From: Candidatus Adlerbacteria bacterium
Lineage (GTDB): Bacteria; Patescibacteriota; Minisyncoccia; Phycocordibacterales; SBAW01
DNA length: 64,000 nt
Reading direction: 5' to 3'
Assembly: GCA_029288895.1 (NCBI GenBank)
Contig: JARIGK010000004.1
Location: 13,621 to 77,620, forward strand
Each line of letters begins with the position of its first letter. The first letter of the stretch is position 1. A program made the translations under genes and the position numbers. This document shows positions 55,981-64,000 of the stretch, in pieces. The notes under the pieces were generated by a model that was not told where the DNA came from, did no database searches, and saw nothing but the letters and a program-made list of their open reading frames with translations.

Positions 55981-57168
55981 TTATTTTTTAAGGGCTTTGA
56001 AGAGTGTTTGGGTTTCGCTTGCGCCTGTTGTTGCGGCAAAGTCCGCAGCTTTTTGTTTGAGGTCGCCTTTAAGCAGGGGTATAAGCCCACCCAACCCCGC
56101 TTCGTTTAAACTTCTATTGATATAGGCGAGGGTAATGCCATGCAGTTCGCGAGTAGCAGTGCTGTCGCCCGCGCTTGCGGTTGCAACAATGGCCTGCAGC
56201 GCGCCATCTTGCATGCGCACAATACCGCCACCCGATGAACCCGCTTGCGAAACAACGGTGCCGCCCACAGACACAACATCAGGGTAGCCACGGTCGTCGA
56301 ACGCGTAGATTTGCTCGACGGTCGAAATAGCCGTGCTGATGTAGAGACTCATTTCAATGGTGATGCCTTGCAAATAGCCCGCCGGGTAGCTTGCGATCAT
56401 CATAGGCAGGCCTTGCACGGGCTCGTCCAAAGTTAATGGGAGGTAGGGGAAGTGTGCGGGCAATGTGCCATTTGGGTCGGTTGTCGAGGTGATAAGCAAA
56501 AAGGCGTAGTCATTTTCGCCCGTACCCAGTTCGGTATCTGAGGTAATCTGCGATGCGTTTGCATCGACCCATGCGGGCGGCAAGTAGAGGAGTTGTGCAT
56601 GATATTTCGGTGTTGCGGGGCTGCCGGTGCGCACGACGCAGTCGACATTGCCGGGCACCAGGTAGTCGCGCAACAACAAGTATTGCCCAACATGCGCATT
56701 TGTCAGTACAACGCCCGCGCCCGAAATCAGCACGCCGCTGCCAGAGATTGGGTTTAAGTATCCGCCGCCGCGGGTGGTGCACAAAATATTAACTGCTGCC
56801 GCACGCGCCATGTCGTTGACTTGTGATTGGGGCAGGGCAAGGGGGATAACCACAGATGTCGCTAATGCCGAAGTAGAACTTTGTCCCGGTTCGCCAGAAG
56901 CCGCGGATATGTTCTGCGCAGGTTTGGTTGTCTTCGGCGTGCTAGTTGCAATAAGGTTCGCCGTTTTCTTATTTTTAACAATAGGGAAAGAATGAGTGAC
57001 AGGTGTCGTTGAGGTTGCAGTCGACACGACCGTAACAGCAGGGTGGGGGACAAAGCCAGCAAACACGCCGTGCGCTGTCAGGAAGAGCGAAAGGAGAGCG
57101 TGTTTGAGAAATGCCAACGCAGCTTGCATAGGCTCAGTATACAATTTAGTCTGTAGAAGTTCGCGCAA
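55981..57168 (-). CDS. secreted trypsin-like (S1 family) serine protease
   Basis: Signal-peptide-like N-terminus. His motif TNAHV and Ser motif GSSGGG. True start possibly MQAALAF at 57129. Confidence 0.7.
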   Translation of the reverse strand: MRELLQTKLYTEPMQAALAFLKHALLSLFLTAHGVFAGFVPHPAVTVVSTATSTTPVTHSFPIVKNKKTANLIATSTPKTTKPAQNISAASGEPGQSSTSALATSVVIPLALPQSQVNDMARAAAVNILCTTRGGGYLNPISGSGVLISGAGVVLTNAHVGQYLLLRDYLVPGNVDCVVRTGSPATPKYHAQLLYLPPAWVDANASQITSDTELGTGENDYAFLLITSTTDPNGTLPAHFPYLPLTLDEPVQGLPMMIASYPAGYLQGITIEMSLYISTAISTVEQIYAFDDRGYPDVVSVGGTVVSQAGSSGGGIVRMQDGALQAIVATASAGDSTATRELHGITLAYINRSLNEAGLGGLIPLLKGDLKQKAADFAATTGASETQTLFKALKK

Positions 57169-57174
57169 TAAAAA

Positions 57175-57245
57175 GCGGGATTAGTTTAGTGGTAGAACAT
57201 CAGTTTTCCAAACTGAGAGTGCCGGTCCGATTCCGGCATCCCGCA
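57175..57245 (+). tRNA. tRNA-Gly (anticodon TCC)
   Basis: Acceptor GCGGGAT/ATCCCGC, anticodon stem TCAGT/ACTGA with loop TTTCCAA, T arm GCCGG-TCCGATT-CCGGC. The low-GC island begins immediately downstream. Confidence 0.85.
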
Positions 57246-57250
57246 CTTAT

Positions 57251-58087
57251 ATGACATCTGTCCCCGAAGAAATAAAAAAAGTGGTGGGGAACACAGAAGG
57301 GCCTGTCAGCATGATTTTGGCAGGCGTACACGGTGACGAATTGTGCGGCGTCTCTGCCCTGCAAGAGATTTTTAACTCTCTGGAGATAGAGCGGGGGACG
57401 GTGTTATATGGGTTTGGCAACCCCCGAGCCATTGCCACGGGGAAGCGCTTCGTCGAAAAAAATCTTAATAGGATGTTTAAACCCGATGCAGATCTAACTG
57501 ATGAAGAAAAACAAAGTTATGATTATGACCGTGCACAGTATCTAAAAAAATATTTCGATACAGCGGAGGCACTGCTCGATATTCATTCGAACCCCTGGCG
57601 CGAAGAGAAAACATTCGTCATATGTGAAAAGAATGGATTTGAACTAGCAGGATCTTTGCCGACAGACATTGTTGTATCGGGTTTTGATGCGGCGGAGCCG
57701 GGCGGCACTGACTACTATATGAATAGAGGGGGGAAGATTGGTATTTGTTTTGAAGCGGGCTATTTGGATGACGCGTTTTCGAGAGCCACAGCAAAAGTTG
57801 CAATAGAAAATTTTTTAGAAGCACGGGGGCATACCACACGCGCGATTTTGCCTCGTGCACAGAAAAAACTGAACGTATTTAAAAAAGGCCTCTCGCGCAG
57901 CGATGCGTTTGTTCTTACTCGACCATTTGCCAATTTTGAGGCGCTTAAAGAGGGGGAATTGATCGGAACTGATGGAGCTGAAGAAGTGCGAGCGCCGAGA
58001 GCGTGCCACATCCTATTTGCCCGCAATGGAAAGTTCAAAGGGGATGAAATTTTCCTCCTGTGCGATGAGACGAAGCCTGAGTGGTAG
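57251..58087 (+). CDS. succinylglutamate desuccinylase/aspartoacylase (AstE/AspA) family zinc deacylase
   Basis: ILAGVHGDE zinc-binding motif and overall AstE_AspA layout. Confidence 0.7.
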   Translation: MTSVPEEIKKVVGNTEGPVSMILAGVHGDELCGVSALQEIFNSLEIERGTVLYGFGNPRAIATGKRFVEKNLNRMFKPDADLTDEEKQSYDYDRAQYLKKYFDTAEALLDIHSNPWREEKTFVICEKNGFELAGSLPTDIVVSGFDAAEPGGTDYYMNRGGKIGICFEAGYLDDAFSRATAKVAIENFLEARGHTTRAILPRAQKKLNVFKKGLSRSDAFVLTRPFANFEALKEGELIGTDGAEEVRAPRACHILFARNGKFKGDEIFLLCDETKPEW

Positions 58088-58097
58088 TATTCCTAGT

Positions 58098-58865
58098 ATG
58101 GGGACCGAATCGAAATTTCTCACGAATCTAAAGAAGCTGGCGCTCTCTACCAAAGAGAGTATTGATTTAAGCGATTTTACTAACTATACAGAGAAAAATA
58201 TACATATAACAAAAGAACCGTTTCCTCATTTTATTGCAGAAAATTTCTTTAAACCGGAGATCTATGATGCCTTGTGTAAAGAATTTAATGCCGTTATGGA
58301 GCGCGGCTTATCCAATTCCAAAGGAGGAGATTTTAATAAATTCCACGCGTTTGATATTGACTATGATGGGTATCTCTATGTGCCTGCCCCGACGTTAGCG
58401 CGCGACAACCCGCTTCGGCTGTTTTACAGCCTCGAATGGAATATGTTTTTTTCAAAATTATTCCGACAATTTACATCGTTCGAGACATCGTTTGTGCTTC
58501 ACCATCACCCGCCAGGCGACAGAACGGGTTTTGTTCATCACGACTTTTCGGACAAACGATTCCACGAACGCTCGGTCCTTCTTAATGGAGTAATTGCGCC
58601 CGAAATAAAAACTGGCGCTGCAGCGCGCAGACGAGTAATTTCACTCCTTATATATATTAATAATCCTGTGTGGCAGGAAGGTGACGGAGGAGAGACGGCT
58701 ATCTATGCTGCAGATAAAACTATAGTGATAAAGAAAATACCTCCAATCAATAATACGCTGTTTGCGTTTCAGACATCGCCTGTATCTTTCCATGCCTTTC
58801 AGGCGAACAAAAAGGACCGCAACTGTCTTGTGCAATGGTTCCATATGCCGCCAGAATTACTCTAA
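58098..58865 (+). CDS. hypothetical protein, possibly 2OG-Fe(II) oxygenase/cupin-like
   Basis: VHHD (HxD) followed by a distal His. Weak assignment. Start at MGTESKF inside track ORF 57972..58865. Confidence 0.35.
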   Translation: MGTESKFLTNLKKLALSTKESIDLSDFTNYTEKNIHITKEPFPHFIAENFFKPEIYDALCKEFNAVMERGLSNSKGGDFNKFHAFDIDYDGYLYVPAPTLARDNPLRLFYSLEWNMFFSKLFRQFTSFETSFVLHHHPPGDRTGFVHHDFSDKRFHERSVLLNGVIAPEIKTGAAARRRVISLLIYINNPVWQEGDGGETAIYAADKTIVIKKIPPINNTLFAFQTSPVSFHAFQANKKDRNCLVQWFHMPPELL

Positions 58866-58869
58866 ACAT

Positions 58870-59466
58870 ATGCCGAAGAAAAAACTTTTATTTGTTGGAG
58901 CAGGCGGAGAGCTGGCATCAAAAGTTCTACCGCTATTGTCGAAGTCATATGACATCGTTGGTATTGCAGGTAGGCGGGATGATCTGCGCCCATATTGTGT
59001 TGAAATGTATAAAGGTAATTTACTTACCGGCTACCAACAGCTTTTTGAAACAGCATTTCGCGCACATCAATTCGATATAATTATTTGGAACCCTGTGCGT
59101 TATTTTTTTACTTCTTTGATGCAGAGTACGCGCGAAAGTTTACATACAGAATTTGATATTGCAGTTGCGCTCGCTGTCGAGTGTCTAAAAACAGCTCGCA
59201 AAGAGCAAAATTTTTCTGGCACATTTGTATTAGTTTCGAGCCTGTCCGCATTTGGGTACAGAAAAGATCTTGCCACGTATTCGATTGTAAAAAATGCTCA
59301 AGTTAGATTCGCCAAAGTGCTGGCCGAGGAATTGAAAGGTGCTGTAGTGGTAAAAATAGTTGCCCCTGGTTCTGTGCGGGCAATACCTACGGAAAGTCTG
59401 GGGAAAGCCTTTATTTCAAGCCTAGAAAATGAATATCCAGAGCGGGTCTTGTATACCGTTCAATAG
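58870..59466 (+). CDS. short-chain dehydrogenase/reductase (SDR)-like NAD(P)-binding protein
   Basis: Rossmann GAGGELASK near the N-terminus. Start inside track ORF 58762..59466. Confidence 0.55.
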   Translation: MPKKKLLFVGAGGELASKVLPLLSKSYDIVGIAGRRDDLRPYCVEMYKGNLLTGYQQLFETAFRAHQFDIIIWNPVRYFFTSLMQSTRESLHTEFDIAVALAVECLKTARKEQNFSGTFVLVSSLSAFGYRKDLATYSIVKNAQVRFAKVLAEELKGAVVVKIVAPGSVRAIPTESLGKAFISSLENEYPERVLYTVQ

Positions 59467-59557
59467 ACTTGCTTTTTCTTATAAAAATGTTATTATAAAT
59501 TACCCTAGAAATCTCTAGGATATCTCATCAACAGACAGAGAAGAGGGAGTTCTTTCC

Positions 59558-60016
59558 ATGCGTACCATTATTCTCGCTGGCTCCGCCGCCGTCGCGATGT
59601 CCCTGAGCGTATCCACCGCGTTTGCGGCAAGCCCCAACCAGGCGATCATCGACAAGAGCTGCTGGGGTTTTTACGATGCTGCGCTGGGTGGCAACGGAGT
59701 CAAGCTGGAACGGCCCGAAGCGGCGTTCAAGTTCTCGGTCAAGGCGGACGGCTCGTTCGTCTTCACTGCGAAGGCTGGTGCTGCCGCGCGCAAGAACTGG
59801 AATGGCGCCTCGGGCAACGACTACCTCACCCAGAAGGAGGCGCAGTACCAGCCGCTTCCTGACGGCGGCCTGCAATTTGCCAATCAGTCGGCGCATTCCT
59901 ACTACACGCTGACTCCTGCGGCTTCCCAGTCCGGCGACGCTCCTGGTTCGGTGCGTTTCTCGGTGCTGTACAAGCACAACCAGGGTACAGCCAACGGTGA
60001 AGCGTTCTGTAAGTAA
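59558..60016 (+). CDS. secreted hypothetical protein (152 aa), GC-rich relative to flanking DNA
   Basis: Signal peptide MRTIILAGSAAVAMSLSVSTAFAA. SD agaagaggga. Terminator hairpin gggcccg...cgggcc at about 60040-60075. Confidence 0.55.
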   Translation: MRTIILAGSAAVAMSLSVSTAFAASPNQAIIDKSCWGFYDAALGGNGVKLERPEAAFKFSVKADGSFVFTAKAGAAARKNWNGASGNDYLTQKEAQYQPLPDGGLQFANQSAHSYYTLTPAASQSGDAPGSVRFSVLYKHNQGTANGEAFCK

Positions 60017-60120
60017 CAGGTAGCGATGCCAGGGCGAGTGTTTGGGCCCGTATAGCGATATGCGGGCCTTTTCTTTTGGGAAAGCACTTTGTGCTTGTAT
60101 GATTACGGGGCTAACTTCAT

Positions 60121-61662
60121 ATGGAACCCGTTACACAATTTTCTCAAACTTTCAGAAAGGATAGATTTGGTTTTGAGAAAAATTACACTCTTTCTGAAGC
60201 TGTTGAGCTTTTCATAAAACCATGTGGTCGTTTTAAATCACCCCTCTCTTGGAAAGATAAGCTGGAAATATTCATAGCGAAATTCGTGAGCCGTTCGCGA
60301 ATTTTTAATACTATAGTGGCTCTCCCTGTGTACGATATTTCCCCTAACTGGCAAATACTTTTAAATTATCTCGCCAAAGAAGGTGTTATTGTAAGACCAA
60401 CATTCCATCCATTTTTGCAGCATAATGACTACCCTCCGTCCCATACGGTATATCTTGTGTCGCATCTTGATCAGAAGGTAACTGATGGGAAATTGGAGCG
60501 CGATCAAATCACTGCTTTTGGTAATGGCCCAAGATTTGAAGATGCGTATGGGAAAGCGGTTGGTGAAATGCTCGAGCGCTATACGCTCGCGCTCTTTCGA
60601 ATAAAAGATTTATTGTTTTGTTCGCGTGTGGAACTTGTACAAAAGGGGGAACTAGTCCTCGATATTAGTGCTAAGCCACAATTTCTGCCCTGGCAGAAAG
60701 AGCATTTTAAAGAGCTGGGCGCAACAGATCGCACGACGTTGTCGTGGGTTGAGGGCAGAGAACTTATTTCTAATAGGCGCGCCTACGTTCCGGCGCAGCT
60801 TATATTCTGGAGTCGAACTGTATTGGGTGCGAAGTCGGATATGGTTGTTCTGCAGCAACCTACAAGTAATGGGCAAGCAGGTGGGTTTACTTTCGAAGAG
60901 AGTGTTCTTTCAGCGATATATGAAAATGTGGAGAGAGACGCATTCCTCATATATTGGCTCAACACCCTTTCTCCGAAACGTATTGCGCTTGATAGTATTC
61001 AAAATCCCGATGTTGTTTCTGTAATTGCCTCGGCACAGCGGTATGGTCTGGATTTGTATTTTCTTGATACAACGAGTGATATCGAGATACCAGCTTGTAT
61101 ATGTGTTGTCATGGACAGGCGAGGCCCAGAACCACGGTTGGCGATGGGGGGCGGTGCCGGATTTGATATTCAAAAAAATCTCCTATCGAGCGCAAATGAA
61201 GCAATTAGCGTGGCGCAAAACAATTATGCGTTTGATGTGCCTAAGAACTACAAACCATTTTTAGATACAACAATTACAAAAAAAGAGCGTATGGGCTTAT
61301 GGCGCGGCTCTACAATGATTGAGCATTTTAATTTTTTCATTGGAGGGGAAGAGGTACCTCTTGAAGAAAGCCGTTTTGCAAACCTGGCGCGCACGTTTCC
61401 TTCAAAAAAAGAAGAATATTCATTTACACGTGAACTTTTTAAACACTTAGGAGAAGGGTACGAATTATATTGCTATCAAGCAAAACATGCAGTGCTTTCC
61501 AAATTGGGGTATGTGGTGACAAAAGTTGTCATACCTAAACTTGTACCTCTGTATTTGGCAGAGTATATGGCGACACTTGATGCGGAACGTTTGTATGAAG
61601 TCCCAAAAAAACTTGGGTTTGAAAACACCAAGCTCAATCCATGGCCCCATCCATTTCCATAG
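60121..61662 (+). CDS. YcaO-domain cyclodehydratase (TOMM/azoline-forming family)
   Basis: YcaO ATP-binding signatures: AVGEMLERY and PTSNGQAGGFTFEESVLSAIYENVERDAF (SNGxAxGxTxEEA...E..ERD). 513 aa with a roughly 140-aa N-terminal extension. Confidence 0.85.
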   Translation: MEPVTQFSQTFRKDRFGFEKNYTLSEAVELFIKPCGRFKSPLSWKDKLEIFIAKFVSRSRIFNTIVALPVYDISPNWQILLNYLAKEGVIVRPTFHPFLQHNDYPPSHTVYLVSHLDQKVTDGKLERDQITAFGNGPRFEDAYGKAVGEMLERYTLALFRIKDLLFCSRVELVQKGELVLDISAKPQFLPWQKEHFKELGATDRTTLSWVEGRELISNRRAYVPAQLIFWSRTVLGAKSDMVVLQQPTSNGQAGGFTFEESVLSAIYENVERDAFLIYWLNTLSPKRIALDSIQNPDVVSVIASAQRYGLDLYFLDTTSDIEIPACICVVMDRRGPEPRLAMGGGAGFDIQKNLLSSANEAISVAQNNYAFDVPKNYKPFLDTTITKKERMGLWRGSTMIEHFNFFIGGEEVPLEESRFANLARTFPSKKEEYSFTRELFKHLGEGYELYCYQAKHAVLSKLGYVVTKVVIPKLVPLYLAEYMATLDAERLYEVPKKLGFENTKLNPWPHPFP

Positions 61663-61665
61663 ACT

Positions 61666-62400
61666 ATGTACATAGATTTTTCAAAGCTCTTCCATAGAGC
61701 ATCAAAAGATAGCCGAGATGGTGGTAGGGTGCATATACCAAGAGATTCCGCCCAGTGGCCCGATGCCTGGAAGACAACTTTCTATAAAGCATATAAGTCG
61801 CTTCCATCTATTATTCTCTCTCATTCGGACTTGCGAGCAGATCTTTTCTCTACTATCGTTTCTCGAACCTCAAGGAGAGGGCCATACAGCGAGACGCTCT
61901 CCAAAGACGAGCTTGCAACAATCTTGCTTTATTCATGCGGAAAGAAAAAAAATAACGATGGAACGAATCGTGCGCAACCGTCAGGTGGAGGTCGATACCC
62001 AATAGAAGCGTATGTGTTGATGTTTCGTTCATTGCCAGACGTTCCTGCAGGCATCTATCACTACAATGTAGAGAATCATACACTTGAGCGTTTAGCAGCT
62101 AAAGAATTTACGAAAGAAGATATTGCAAGATTATTTTCATACGAGTGGATACAGGATAGTTCTGCGGCAATTGTTTTAACCTCTGCTTTTGAGCGCACAA
62201 AAATGAAATACGGCCAGCGCGGCTATCGGTATGCAATGCTTGAAGCGGGGCATATCGGCCAAAATATTTGCCTTATTTCTCAGGCTTTGAATGTTCAGTG
62301 TTGTCCAATGGGCGGAAGCTTTGATGAAGGGCTAGAAAACATACTTGGTATAGACGGCGAGGATGAAAGTCTCGTCTACACACTTGTTTTGGGGAAATAA
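61666..62400 (+). CDS. SagB-type FMN-dependent dehydrogenase (nitroreductase superfamily; azoline oxidase)
   Basis: PSGGGRYPIE (compare PSAGGLYP) and C-terminal EAGHIGQNICL...CCPMGGSFDE. ATG 3 nt after the YcaO stop. Confidence 0.8.
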   Translation: MYIDFSKLFHRASKDSRDGGRVHIPRDSAQWPDAWKTTFYKAYKSLPSIILSHSDLRADLFSTIVSRTSRRGPYSETLSKDELATILLYSCGKKKNNDGTNRAQPSGGGRYPIEAYVLMFRSLPDVPAGIYHYNVENHTLERLAAKEFTKEDIARLFSYEWIQDSSAAIVLTSAFERTKMKYGQRGYRYAMLEAGHIGQNICLISQALNVQCCPMGGSFDEGLENILGIDGEDESLVYTLVLGK

Positions 62401-62437
62401 TATAGCTCCAACATAAACTCCTGGTATACTTGGAGGT

Positions 62438-62779
62438 ATGAGGAAAGTCCTCCGAACTGTCATACGCACTGCGGCACTCATTGCGTTCGCAGTATTTGTA
62501 TTTTCTACAGGATTGGTAAATAAACTTGGGGGGTCAGCTGTAGAAAATCAAAAAAATAAACAAAAAGATCAGGATGATTTGCTCGCTTCCTTTACTGGTC
62601 CAGAGAAAGCATATGCGGATGCGCCCGCGGCTTGCAGTGGAAGTGATGCTTGTGGTGGGCAACCTCCGGATGCGTGCGGAGATGCCTGCGGCGCCGGCGC
62701 TTCGTCTTCCGGTGCGTCTGATGCTGGGGGCGGTCCTGGCCCAGGCCCCGACCCAGGCCCCGACCCAGGCCCTCATTGA
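62438..62779 (+). CDS. small ORF with Cys/Ser/Gly/Pro-rich C-terminus, candidate RiPP precursor (or secreted low-complexity protein)
   Basis: 113 aa with N-terminal hydrophobic segment and C-terminal AACSGSDACGGQPPDACGDACGAGASSSGASDAGGGPGPGPDPGPDPGPH (6 Cys, many Ser). Directly downstream of YcaO-SagB. Own terminator at 62812..62841. Confidence 0.4.
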   Translation: MRKVLRTVIRTAALIAFAVFVFSTGLVNKLGGSAVENQKNKQKDQDDLLASFTGPEKAYADAPAACSGSDACGGQPPDACGDACGAGASSSGASDAGGGPGPGPDPGPDPGPH

Positions 62780-62811
62780 GTAGAAAATAGTATAGAAAGA
62801 AAAACGCCCCG

Positions 62812-62841
62812 TTGTATTGACGGGGCGTTTCGCACTCGAAT
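62812..62841. terminator. bidirectional rho-independent terminator
   Basis: aaaacgccccgt-tgtattg-acggggcgttt. Confidence 0.6.
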
Positions 62842-62858
62842 CTTCAGGGGTAGAGAAT

Positions 62859-63314
62859 TTAAACCCCGCCCGTGCAGATGAACGTGACAGCGACAGGTTC
62901 ATCGACGGTGTACTTGCCTCGCACCTCCCAGATTGGCTGGGGACGCGTGGCAGCCTTTAGATTGTAGCCGACGTTGTTCCACGACAGGATGTCGAAGTGG
63001 AACATGCCGTCCTTCTGCTGCTGCAGGGTAATGAAACCCCACTTCCTCGCCGTCGATTCGCCGTTCATCCGGCCCAGCACTTTGGCCGAATTGTCGGTGT
63101 CGAAGAGTAGCTTGAGCTGGATCTTTGGGAGCCAGCTGGCATATCCCTTAGGCTCACCGAGGCAAGTGCGCACCAAGCCTGTTTCCTTGCTGGGAAAGTC
63201 GGTGATGGCGGCGTTTGCTTGCAGCAACGACTTGCTTTGCCCAAACGCGGTCTGAGCGCCGAACGACAGTAGTGTGAGGGCCAAAAACGCCCCCAAGTTT
63301 GCGAAGAACTTCAT
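62859..63314 (-). CDS. secreted hypothetical protein (signal peptide), GC-rich
   Basis: MKFFANLGAFLALTLLSFGAQTAFGQ with SD aaggaggg. In frame within track ORF 62859..63374. Confidence 0.5.
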   Translation of the reverse strand: MKFFANLGAFLALTLLSFGAQTAFGQSKSLLQANAAITDFPSKETGLVRTCLGEPKGYASWLPKIQLKLLFDTDNSAKVLGRMNGESTARKWGFITLQQQKDGMFHFDILSWNNVGYNLKAATRPQPIWEVRGKYTVDEPVAVTFICTGGV

Positions 63315-63464
63315 CTGACCCTCCTTGTTGCTTGGAGAAATGCCTCCAAAATGCGTTCGTATCAATTGTACCACTATTTGAACAGTTTTGTCAAGTCATC
63401 CAGATTCGGCCTGTGGAAAGAGAGTTGGGGTAAAAAGAAGGGTGGTATTATTGAGCAAGAATAA

Positions 63465-64000
63465 TATGAAAATTCGTACTACACTCCTTTTTATTTGCGT
63501 ATTGTTGTTGTGTTGTGTGGCTGGCGCTGGCGGATATTATTACTTCAAAATATATCTGCCCGCGCGAGAACACACATTAGTTATGAATTCGATACAAGAA
63601 TCTCACCCCGCACGCAACGCGCTTTATGCCGGTGACAATGCCACCGCGATCAGCACTTTGCGCAGTTTAATTGCTAAAGCTCCTACAAAAGAGGAGCGGG
63701 CACGTCTTCAACATCTCTTAATTCTAGGTCTTTTCAATATAGACAACGAAGCAGACACTTCAGAAGCTGTTTCACTTTCATACACGCTTATAAACGACTA
63801 TTCAGTGCCTGCATGGATACGCGCATTGACTCTCAACCACCTCGCACTCTTTATGCATGGCGGCGGCGTAAATTTTTATAAGAAATATTTTACACAACCT
63901 CCACTTGATGCATTTATAAATACTTCCGGTAATGATTCGACAAGGGCGTGGACCGCATACTACAAAATCCTTGCACTTTCCGACGAGACGTACCCGACGT
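63465..64000 (+). CDS. membrane-anchored hypothetical protein (3'-truncated by window end)
   Basis: MKIRTTLLFICVLLLCCVAGAGGYYYF... with an N-terminal TM. Runs to the window edge. Confidence 0.4.

Overview
The window is a 64-kb stretch of a compact bacterial chromosome that spans the replication origin. The gene content (Gram-positive-type T4SS, several TrmB-family regulators, short housekeeping proteins) suggests a Patescibacteria/Saccharibacteria-like lineage, but that is inference only.

The backbone is mostly about 50-55% GC. The origin neighbourhood has the classic layout: dnaN and dnaA on the minus strand, a DnaA-box-rich intergenic candidate oriC, then rpmH-rnpA-yidC-jag on the plus strand. 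Other housekeeping genes include the polA 5' end, tsaE, pilB, ruvB-yebC-ruvC, tyrS, PBP1A, rdgB, ksgA, pcrA, a LysM/M23 peptidase, comM, pnp, rpsO, xerC/D, xth, cca and four tRNAs (Arg-TCG, Gly-GCC, Pro-TGG, Gly-TCC).

Three accessory regions stand out.

1. A roughly 12-kb minus-strand operon (14.2-26.7 kb) looks like a Gram-positive-type conjugative type IV secretion locus. It has a VirB4 ATPase split into two overlapping ORFs, a PrgI-like protein, a VirB6/TrbL-like polytopic membrane protein, and several secreted or cysteine-rich proteins, including a 697-aa low-complexity protein.

2. A low-GC island (46.2-50.9 kb) carries a NodU/CmcH-type carbamoyltransferase fused to a SAM methyltransferase, followed by a paralogous standalone methyltransferase. 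Small ORFs in it each have a conserved 45-110-nt direct-repeat leader element (three clear copies, one degenerate).

3. Most notably, a low-GC island begins immediately after tRNA-Gly(TCC) at 57.2 kb. It encodes an AstE/AspA-family deacylase, a cupin/2OG-oxygenase-like protein, an SDR, a YcaO cyclodehydratase, a tightly coupled SagB-type FMN dehydrogenase, and a downstream small ORF with a Cys/Ser/Gly/Pro-rich C-terminus. Together these are the hallmark of a thiazole/oxazole-modified (TOMM/LAP-like) RiPP biosynthetic cluster.

Other observations: near-identical bidirectional terminators flank a 2.3-kb insertion between rpsO and pnp; there are three TrmB-family paralogs; a truncated G6PD-like gene is present; and there are structured intergenic regions. 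No rRNA, CRISPR array or obvious prophage was seen.
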